The translations under genes were made by a program, and so were the position numbers. DNA of 64,000 nucleotides, taken from assembly GCA_029008035.1 (NCBI GenBank), contig JAQXIY010000102.1:30158-94157 (forward strand), read 5' to 3'. This document shows, in pieces, positions 56,691 through 64,000 of this stretch (the stretch's first letter is position 1; each line of letters starts with the position of its first letter). The DNA is from Lachnospiraceae bacterium (GTDB lineage: Bacteria; Bacillota; Clostridia; Lachnospirales; Lachnospiraceae). The notes below the pieces were generated by a model that did not search any database, was not told the origin of the DNA, and saw only the letters and a program-made list of their open reading frames with translations.

Positions 56691-59345
56691 ATGAGTAAAG
56701 AATTGGCAAAGACCTATGACCCAAAAGGGTTGGAAGAAAGACTGTACAAAAAGTGGGAGGAGAATGGTTATTTTCACGCTGAGGTAGATCGCAGCAAGAA
56801 GCCTTTTACCATTGTAATGCCACCTCCAAATATCACCGGACAGCTTCATATGGGGCATGCTTTGGACAATACCATGCAGGATATTTTGATCCGCTATAAG
56901 AGAATGCAGGGATACAATGCTCTGTGGCAGCCGGGAACAGACCACGCAGCTATTGCCACTGAGGTAAAGGTAATCGAGCATTTGAAAGAGCAGGGTATTG
57001 ACAAGAATGACCTGGGAAGAGAAGGATTCCTGGAGAAGTGCTGGGAGTGGAGAGAGGAGTATGGCGGACGCATTATCAAGCAGTTGAAGCATATGGGCTC
57101 ATCTGCGGATTGGGACAGAGAGCGTTTTACCATGGACGAGGGATGCTCCAAGGCAGTTGAGGAGGTGTTTGTAAAGCTCTTTGACGATGGCTATATCTAC
57201 AAGGGCAACCGCATCATCAACTGGTGTCCGGTTTGTAAGACTTCTATCTCGGATGCTGAGGTAGAGCACGTTGAGCAGTCAGGCCATTTCTGGCATATGA
57301 AGTATGAGATTGTAGGTGAACCGGGACGTTATGTAGAGTTTGCTACCACCCGCCCGGAGACCATGATGGGTGATACCGCCGTTGCCGTAAACCCGGCGGA
57401 TGAGAGATATCAGGACATCATTGGCAAGACAGTGATGTTGCCATTTGTGAACAGAGAGATTCCTATCATTGCCGACGAGTATGTAGACATGGAGTTTGGT
57501 ACCGGTGTGGTTAAAATTACACCTGCCCACGACCCTAACGATTTTGAGGTTGGAAAGCGCCATGATCTTCCGGTGATTAACATTATGAATGACGATGCAA
57601 CCATCAATGCCAACGGTGGTGAGTTTGTGGGGATGGATCGCTATGAGGCCCGCAAGCTTGTGGTTCAGAAAATGGATGAGATGGGCTTGCTTGTTGGCAT
57701 TGAGGACCACGTACACAATGTAGGTACTCATGACAGATGTAAGACTACGGTTGAGCCTATGGTGAAGCCACAGTGGTTCGTGTCCATGGAAGAGCTGGCA
57801 AAGCCTGCCATTGAGGCGATTAAAAACGGCGATTTGAAATTCGTTCCTAAGAACTATGAGAAGACATATTTACACTGGTTGGAAAATATCAGAGACTGGT
57901 GCATTTCCCGTCAGCTCTGGTGGGGACACCGCATTCCTGCCTATTATTGTGAAGAGTGTGGAGAGATGGTGGTTGCCAGAGAAGCGGATGCACCTACCAA
58001 GTGCCCCAAATGTGGCTGCGACCATATGAAGCAGGATGAAGATACCTTGGATACCTGGTTCTCATCAGCACTGTGGCCATTCTCTACATTAGGCTGGCCG
58101 GATAACACAGAGGATTTGGAGTACTTCTATCCTACCGATGTGTTGGTTACAGGATACGACATTATCTTCTTCTGGGTGGTTCGTATGGTATTTTCCGGCT
58201 ATGCGCATACCGGCAAGTCTCCATTCCACACCGTATTGATTCACGGTCTTGTTCGTGACTCTCAGGGGCGCAAGATGAGTAAGTCTCTGGGAAATGGTAT
58301 TGACCCACTTGAGGTGATTGACAAGTATGGTGCAGATGCATTGCGTCTCACCTTGATTACAGGTAATGCACCCGGCAATGACATGCGTTTTTACTGGGAG
58401 CGTGTGGAGGCAAGCCGCAACTTTGCCAACAAGGTTTGGAATGCATCTCGTTTCATTATGATGTATTTAGAGGGTGTAGATGTCACAGAGCCTAAGACAT
58501 CAGAACTTGCTGTGGCAGACAAGTGGATTTTATCTGAGGTAAATACCCTGGCCAAGGATGTTACCGAGAATATGGACAAGTACGAGCTGGGTATCGCAGT
58601 TCAGAAGGTTTATGATTTCATCTGGGATGAGTTCTGCGACTGGTACATTGAGATAGTGAAGCCTCGTATGTACAACAAAGACAATGATATGGCTTCTGCA
58701 AATGCGGCACTTTGGACGTTAAAGACGGTTCTCTCTGATGCTCTTAAGTTGTTGCACCCATTTATGCCATTTATCACAGAGGAAATATACTGTACCCTTC
58801 GCCCGGAAGAGGACACGATTATGCTCTCAGACTGGCCGGTCTACACAGAGGACAGACATTTTGCTGACCAGGAGTCTATGATTGCAAGAGCCAAGGATTT
58901 GGTTCGCGGTATGCGTAACCTTCGTACAGATATGGAGGTTCCCCCAAGTCGTAAGGCGAAGATTATCATCACCTCCGAGGATGAGGCAGTGAGAAATACA
59001 TTTACCGCTATTCAGGATACCTATCAGACCCTTGCCGGTGCCACAGAAATTGTGGTTCAGTGTGGTAAGGAAGGCATTTCAGACGATGCCGTTTCTGTTG
59101 TGATTCCCGATGCAGTTTTGTATATCCCATTAGAGGATTTGGTGGATTTCGAGAAGGAGAGAGAGAGACTTACCAAGGAAAAGGAAAAACTGGAAAAGGA
59201 GCTTTCCCGTTCCAAGGGTATGCTGTCCAATGAGAAATTTATCAGCAAGGCCCCGGCAGAAAAGGTGGCTGAGGAGCGGGCTAAGATGGAAAAATATCAG
59301 CAGATGATGGACGAGGTGGTCGCTCGCTTGGAGCAAATGCAATAA
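56691..59345 (+). CDS. valS: Valine--tRNA ligase
   Basis: PPPNITGQLHMGH, DWCISRQLWWGH, KMSKS, C-terminal coiled coil; start moved to ATG 56691 after the T-box. Confidence 0.98.
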   Translation: MSKELAKTYDPKGLEERLYKKWEENGYFHAEVDRSKKPFTIVMPPPNITGQLHMGHALDNTMQDILIRYKRMQGYNALWQPGTDHAAIATEVKVIEHLKEQGIDKNDLGREGFLEKCWEWREEYGGRIIKQLKHMGSSADWDRERFTMDEGCSKAVEEVFVKLFDDGYIYKGNRIINWCPVCKTSISDAEVEHVEQSGHFWHMKYEIVGEPGRYVEFATTRPETMMGDTAVAVNPADERYQDIIGKTVMLPFVNREIPIIADEYVDMEFGTGVVKITPAHDPNDFEVGKRHDLPVINIMNDDATINANGGEFVGMDRYEARKLVVQKMDEMGLLVGIEDHVHNVGTHDRCKTTVEPMVKPQWFVSMEELAKPAIEAIKNGDLKFVPKNYEKTYLHWLENIRDWCISRQLWWGHRIPAYYCEECGEMVVAREADAPTKCPKCGCDHMKQDEDTLDTWFSSALWPFSTLGWPDNTEDLEYFYPTDVLVTGYDIIFFWVVRMVFSGYAHTGKSPFHTVLIHGLVRDSQGRKMSKSLGNGIDPLEVIDKYGADALRLTLITGNAPGNDMRFYWERVEASRNFANKVWNASRFIMMYLEGVDVTEPKTSELAVADKWILSEVNTLAKDVTENMDKYELGIAVQKVYDFIWDEFCDWYIEIVKPRMYNKDNDMASANAALWTLKTVLSDALKLLHPFMPFITEEIYCTLRPEEDTIMLSDWPVYTEDRHFADQESMIARAKDLVRGMRNLRTDMEVPPSRKAKIIITSEDEAVRNTFTAIQDTYQTLAGATEIVVQCGKEGISDDAVSVVIPDAVLYIPLEDLVDFEKERERLTKEKEKLEKELSRSKGMLSNEKFISKAPAEKVAEERAKMEKYQQMMDEVVARLEQMQ

Positions 59346-59406
59346 TATAGTGGAAATTTTCTGAAAATTAGATTACAATAGAAGAAAAGTATGCGAGGGA
59401 CAACAT

Positions 59407-60831
59407 ATGGATACAGAATTGAAACCGTATTCCAAAACACCCCATATTATGGTTGATGGCAAGGGTATGTTTGCCTCAATCCGCGTAACTCGCCCGGAAG
59501 AGGGGGAGGAGAAGCCGCACTTTACCATGGAGCAGATGCTGGACTTTATTGCACAGGCCGGCGTCTCTTATGGAATTGATGAGAGTGCGGTTGCTTCGCT
59601 GTGCGAAGATATGATATACAATACTGATGTTGTCATCGCTGTGGGTAAGGAACCCACTGTGGGAGAGAATGGCTATTTTGAGTATCACTTTAGTCAGGAC
59701 TTTTCCAATAAGCCAACCATCCGTCCGGACGGCTCGGCAGATTTTTTGAGTATTAAGGTAATCGAGGTGGTCCATGAGGACGATCTGATTGTTACGTATC
59801 ATCCTGCCGTTCAGGGAGAGCCGGGCACCAATGTGCGAGGACTTCCCATTGAGCCCAAGCCTGTGAGGGAGATGCCGCCTTTGGGAGGACGAGGCTTCCG
59901 TCGCAGCGAGGATAATCTGTCCTACTATGCGGAGATGGATGGCAAGATTACGCTGCAGAACAATCGTATCCTGATTTCCCCTATTTATGAGATAGAGCGG
60001 GACGCGGATATGACGGTGGGTAATATAGACTTTAAAGGAGATGTGGTGATTCACGGAGGGGTGAAGCACGGCATTTATATCCATGCCACCGGTTCCATCA
60101 CAATTGATGGATTGGTAGAACACTGTGAGATGCGGGCGGGTAAGGATATCTATCTCCTCAGCGGAGTGAAGGGGGCAGAGAAGACCACCATTCACGCCGA
60201 GGGGGGCATTACAGCAGAATTTATCGAATACGCAATTGTGTCTTGCAAGAAAGACTTGCGGGTGGATGTGCTCTTTAATTGTCTTGTGAATTGCGAGTCT
60301 CGCATTATTGCCACATCCGGCAAGCGTTCATCTATTATCGGTGGTAATACTACCGCAGTGCAGGGACTGTCTGCCCTTTGTGTTGGCAATAAGTTCGGCA
60401 CGGTCACCAAGATTGTGGTGGGGGTAGATGAAGAGCGACTGAAAGAGATGTCACAGCTCATAGAGAAGATAAAGGCCTTGGAGAGCAATATTGCCAAGAT
60501 TAAAAAGGGCGTGGAGGACTTTGATGCCTTAGCGGAGAAGAGGGGCATTTCCTACAAGGAAGACCCCAGACGTATGCAACTTTTGCGGGTAAAGATTCGG
60601 GACGAGGCTCTGGTGGCACAGGATAGAACCCGACTGGAAGAACTGAAAGAGATTGTGAATTTGGGCAGACGAGCAACGGTAAAGGTTTATGACACCGTAT
60701 ACGCAGGTGTTCGCATCAAGATGATGGAGCAGCGTGTTCAGATGTCCGATTATCAGAAGAAAGTAGAATTCTGTAAGACGGACACCGGAATTCGTATGGA
60801 ACCTTTGGAGGGACCTGTTCCGGAAGAATAG
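59407..60831 (+). CDS. FapA/DUF342-family protein
   Basis: GVSYGI, VGNIDFKGDVVIHG beta-helix, IIGG, coiled coil, VYAGV. Confidence 0.8.
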   Translation: MDTELKPYSKTPHIMVDGKGMFASIRVTRPEEGEEKPHFTMEQMLDFIAQAGVSYGIDESAVASLCEDMIYNTDVVIAVGKEPTVGENGYFEYHFSQDFSNKPTIRPDGSADFLSIKVIEVVHEDDLIVTYHPAVQGEPGTNVRGLPIEPKPVREMPPLGGRGFRRSEDNLSYYAEMDGKITLQNNRILISPIYEIERDADMTVGNIDFKGDVVIHGGVKHGIYIHATGSITIDGLVEHCEMRAGKDIYLLSGVKGAEKTTIHAEGGITAEFIEYAIVSCKKDLRVDVLFNCLVNCESRIIATSGKRSSIIGGNTTAVQGLSALCVGNKFGTVTKIVVGVDEERLKEMSQLIEKIKALESNIAKIKKGVEDFDALAEKRGISYKEDPRRMQLLRVKIRDEALVAQDRTRLEELKEIVNLGRRATVKVYDTVYAGVRIKMMEQRVQMSDYQKKVEFCKTDTGIRMEPLEGPVPEE

Positions 60832-60897
60832 TCATGACAAGAAATGACGAAATATACCACTGCACTATGTTAAGATTTATGGACATAGGAGGGACAT

Positions 60898-61038
60898 ATG
60901 ATAGATTTTGAAGAGGAATTAAAAAACTTTTTGCCAAGTATGGAAGTAGAAGAAGCTGAGGCGGAGATTCAGCAGAGAGACCTGACAGATATGACAGACA
61001 TTTTGCGCCAGATGACAGACGCAAGCGGCAAGAGGTAG
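60898..61038 (+). CDS. Small acidic protein (46 aa)
   Basis: AGGAGG RBS; MIDFEEELKNFLPSMEVEEAEAEIQQRDLTDMTDILRQMTDASGKR; 9 bp before TPR gene. Confidence 0.7.
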   Translation: MIDFEEELKNFLPSMEVEEAEAEIQQRDLTDMTDILRQMTDASGKR

Positions 61039-61047
61039 GAGCAGGAT

Positions 61048-62430
61048 ATGGAATGTTTTAGATGTGGCACTATTGTGGACAACGAAAATGTATGTCCCCA
61101 CTGTGGTGCAAATATAAAAACTTACCGTAAGATTCTCAGTACTTCTAACCTGCTGTACAATCGTGGACTGGAGATGGCGCAGATAAGGGATTTGTCCGGT
61201 GCCATTGTCAATTTGAAGGAAGCGTTGCGCTACAATAAGTACAACACAAAGGCCAGAAATCTTCTGGGCTTGATTTATTTTGAACTGGGTGAGACAGTGA
61301 TGGCCCTCAGTGAATGGGTTATTAGCAAGAATCTGGACCCAGATAATGAATTGGCAGACCGCTATCTGGATGTGATTCAGAACACACCGGGTATGCTGGA
61401 CAAGTTGGACCAGACAACTAAGAAATACAACCAGGCCCTTCACTATTGCAGGCAGGGAAGCCGGGACATGGCCAGCATTCAGCTTCGCAAAGTGTTGAAT
61501 CTGAATCCCAAATTTGTGGCGGGACATCAGTTGCTGGCACTGCTGTGTATGCAGGAAGGCAAGTACAACGAAGCTCGCAAGGAATTAAACGCAGCGGGGA
61601 AGATTGATGTGCGCAACACCATCACCCTGCGCTATACAAAGGAAGTTCGAGAAAAGCTCAAAGAGCAGAACCAGAATAAGAAAAAGAAAAAAGATGACCT
61701 GATTTCCTTCCAGGATGGAAATGATACGGTTCTGATGCCGGGAGGCTCCTTCCTGGATATGCTGGATGCTTCCAGGGCCAGCATTTTCAATATCCTTACC
61801 GGTCTGGTGATTGGTCTGCTCATCTGTTTCTTTTTGGTTGTACCCACAGTAAAGCAGCGCGCCACAGAGCGTGCAGCTCAGACCTTGGTGGACACCAATG
61901 AAGAGTTGACCAACAGCAGTACTAATGTGAGCCAGTTGAAGAAAAAGGTAGATAGCTTGGAAAAGGAACTGGCCAACTACACGGGAAAGGCTGACGCAGT
62001 GAATTCTTATGAAGAACTGATGAAGGCGAAGGAGGCCTTGGATGCCGCAGATATGACCACAGCGGCGGAGGCTATCGATAAAGTGAACCCGGAATTGCTC
62101 TCTGAAAAGGGACGGGCTCAATATGACACGATTCACGGAACTGTGTATGCTGAGATACTGGGCAATCTTATGACTGCCGGCAATCAGTTATTGTCCGGCG
62201 AAGATTATCAGGGAGCCTTAGAACAGTTTGCCCAGATTGTGGCTATTGACGAGGACTTTAATGAGGGACAGGCATTGTTTTCCCAGGCTGAATGTCAGTG
62301 GAAATTGTCCCAGCGAGATGATGCCATCAAATCTTACAAGCGGGTGATTGAGTTGCACCCGGACAGTGATTTGGCAAAACAGTCCAGAAAGAGACTAGAA
62401 GAGGCGGGAAGTAAGGAAGACAACACCTAA
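61048..62430 (+). CDS. Zinc-ribbon + TPR membrane protein
   Basis: CFRC..CPHC, TPR motifs (ARNLLGLIY), central TM, coiled coil, C-terminal TPR. Confidence 0.85.
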   Translation: MECFRCGTIVDNENVCPHCGANIKTYRKILSTSNLLYNRGLEMAQIRDLSGAIVNLKEALRYNKYNTKARNLLGLIYFELGETVMALSEWVISKNLDPDNELADRYLDVIQNTPGMLDKLDQTTKKYNQALHYCRQGSRDMASIQLRKVLNLNPKFVAGHQLLALLCMQEGKYNEARKELNAAGKIDVRNTITLRYTKEVREKLKEQNQNKKKKKDDLISFQDGNDTVLMPGGSFLDMLDASRASIFNILTGLVIGLLICFFLVVPTVKQRATERAAQTLVDTNEELTNSSTNVSQLKKKVDSLEKELANYTGKADAVNSYEELMKAKEALDAADMTTAAEAIDKVNPELLSEKGRAQYDTIHGTVYAEILGNLMTAGNQLLSGEDYQGALEQFAQIVAIDEDFNEGQALFSQAECQWKLSQRDDAIKSYKRVIELHPDSDLAKQSRKRLEEAGSKEDNT

Positions 62431-62453
62431 GACAGAAAATGAAATAAATTACG

Positions 62454-62489
62454 AAAGACGCATGAGAGATTTCTCCATGCGTCTTTTTT
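62454..62489 (+). terminator. Terminator-like hairpin before spoIIA operon
   Basis: AAAGACGCATG/CATGCGTCTTT stem plus T-run. Confidence 0.7.
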
Positions 62490-62505
62490 GTGCAAGGAGG
62501 TAGCA

Positions 62506-62820
62506 ATGGAATACAAATTTGAAATGCAGGAGGGAAGACTGAAAGTGAGCGTGCCAAGGGAACTGGACCATCATTTGGCCACACAGCTGAAGGAGGAGGC
62601 AGATTTGCTTATCGATGCCCATCATGTGAAAAAATTGGTGTTTGACTTTGCGAACACGGAATTTATGGACAGCTCCGGCATTGGGGTGTTAATCGGCAGA
62701 AGTCGTAATCTGAAATTTGCAGGTGGACAGGTGGTGGCCATCAATTTAAGCCCCAGAGTGGAGCAGATCTTTCGTCTGTCGGGATTACATCAGATAATTC
62801 CCATTGAGGACGAGGAATAG
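62506..62820 (+). CDS. spoIIAA: Anti-sigma F factor antagonist
   Basis: ELDHH, FMDSSGIGV STAS motif; operon order. Confidence 0.93.
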   Translation: MEYKFEMQEGRLKVSVPRELDHHLATQLKEEADLLIDAHHVKKLVFDFANTEFMDSSGIGVLIGRSRNLKFAGGQVVAINLSPRVEQIFRLSGLHQIIPIEDEE

Positions 62821-62837
62821 GAAAGGGAGGTAATACA

Positions 62838-63263
62838 TTGGAAAATCATATCACAGTTACATTTGACGCCATATCCGTAAACGAGGCCTTTGCCCGCATG
62901 GTGGTGACAGCATTTCTGGCGGGAGTGAATGCCACCGTGGAGGAAATTACAGATGTGAAAACTGCCGTTTCAGAGGCAGTGACCAATGCCATTATTCACG
63001 GATACGAAGAGAAAAAGGGCAGCGTCACCATGACATGTGCTATTGAAGGAACCGGACTTGTGGTTTATGTGCAGGACTATGGAAAGGGGATTGCGGATAT
63101 ACATAAAGCCAGAGAACCTTTTTTCACAACCAAGCCGGAACTGGAGCGCTCCGGCCTGGGCTTTGCCTTTATGGAAACTTTTATGGACGGGGTGGAGGTG
63201 ATGTCCAATTTGGGACATGGCACCACAGTAATCATGAAGAAAAATTTAAAGGAAGAGCACTAA
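62838..63263 (+). CDS. spoIIAB: Anti-sigma F factor
   Basis: NEAFAR, KTAVSEAVTNAIIHGY, EPFFTTKPELERSG.GF..ME.FMD. Confidence 0.95.
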   Translation: MENHITVTFDAISVNEAFARMVVTAFLAGVNATVEEITDVKTAVSEAVTNAIIHGYEEKKGSVTMTCAIEGTGLVVYVQDYGKGIADIHKAREPFFTTKPELERSGLGFAFMETFMDGVEVMSNLGHGTTVIMKKNLKEEH

Positions 63264-63264
63264 T

Positions 63265-63984
63265 ATGCCTGTGCTGGAGGAGAGAATCACCCGGGCACAT
63301 CAAGGAGATATGGAAGAGAGAGAACAGCTCATTCTGGATAATATACCTCTGGTTTGGAGTATGGTGGCCAGGTTCCACTATGCCAACCGGGACAAGGAGG
63401 AACTGTTTCAAATCGGTATGGTAGGGTTGATGCAAGCGGTTGACCGGTTTGATGTGAGTTTTGGCGTGCAGTTTTCCACCTATGCGGTACCACTCATTAT
63501 GGGGGAGATTCGTCGATTTCTGCGAGATGACGCCCCTGTAAAAATCACCCGCTCTGTATTGGAAAATCACAAAAAGATTCGGCAGCTTTTGGAGGAACAG
63601 GGAGATATGCCCGTGGAGGAAATCGTGAATCGATTGGGGATTACCATGGAGGAGGTGATTCTTGCCATGGAGTGTGATAAGCCGGTGGAATCCATCTATG
63701 AGCCGGTGTATGATTCCGGGGAGAGTCAGGTGCTTTTGGTGGATCAATTGGAGCAGCAGGAAAAACCGGTGGAAGAGCAGGTGATGGAAAAAGAACTGAT
63801 TCAGCAGGCGTTTTCCACTTTGGATGTGAAGGAGAAAAAGATGATACGACTCCGGTTTTACGAGAATAAGACTCAGAGTCAGGTGGGAGAAATGTTACAG
63901 ATGACCCAGGTTCAAGTTTCTCGAATGGAAAAGAAAATATTACAGAAAATGCGTAGCGGAATACAAGAAATCCCTTGTAAATAG
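63265..63984 (+). CDS. sigF: RNA polymerase sporulation sigma factor SigF
   Basis: LFQIG..GL, FSTYAVP.I.GEIRRFLRDD, TQ.QV..L.MTQVQVSR.EK; after spoIIAB. Confidence 0.9.
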   Translation: MPVLEERITRAHQGDMEEREQLILDNIPLVWSMVARFHYANRDKEELFQIGMVGLMQAVDRFDVSFGVQFSTYAVPLIMGEIRRFLRDDAPVKITRSVLENHKKIRQLLEEQGDMPVEEIVNRLGITMEEVILAMECDKPVESIYEPVYDSGESQVLLVDQLEQQEKPVEEQVMEKELIQQAFSTLDVKEKKMIRLRFYENKTQSQVGEMLQMTQVQVSRMEKKILQKMRSGIQEIPCK

Positions 63985-64000
63985 GGATTCTAAGGGGTAA

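Noticed and set aside
56476-56694. 72-aa ORF and extended valS start at 56646
   Set aside because: Both lie within the T-box leader/terminator

Overview
AT-rich-to-moderate GC chromosomal window from an endospore-forming Clostridia-class bacterium; gene content and order look Lachnospiraceae-like (inference). (1) 1-19.3 kb: surface polysaccharide locus with rmlA(partial)BDC, many glycosyltransferases, a flippase and acyl/acetyltransferases, including an adjacent GT11 + GT6 pair resembling blood-group-antigen transferases. (2) 19.4-34.5 kb: visibly AT-richer accessory island with an XRE regulator, a HigBA-like toxin-antitoxin pair, a DUF2589-like remnant, an orphan 4-TM protein, a decayed IS256-family element (8-bp target duplication intact), a SLATT-like 2TM protein, an Sll1717/FunZ-like P-loop ATPase flanked by a duplicated HTH unit, a Ser/Thr kinase, an AgrC/AgrA-like two-component system, an Rpn-like remnant, and a second membrane kinase with a Spo0A-like regulator. 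(3) 34.8-64 kb: core genes spo0A, UDP-HexNAc pyrophosphorylase, priming GT, LCP, glmS, htrA, arcC-like, pyk, a C1A protease, pdaB-like, T-box-valS, FapA-like, TPR and spoIIAA-spoIIAB-sigF. The most notable unannotated signals are two 17-18 aa ORFs (MSFASAFCEWLKYIVGVH; MGLLDWMTYVWSALMNK) that share a [DE]W[LM]xY[IV] core and an anti-SD hairpin, each next to a membrane GHKL kinase and one in a module divergent from spo0A, and a dispersed ~30-bp palindromic REP-like repeat family located right after stop codons. All product calls come from motif recognition by eye; no searches were run.
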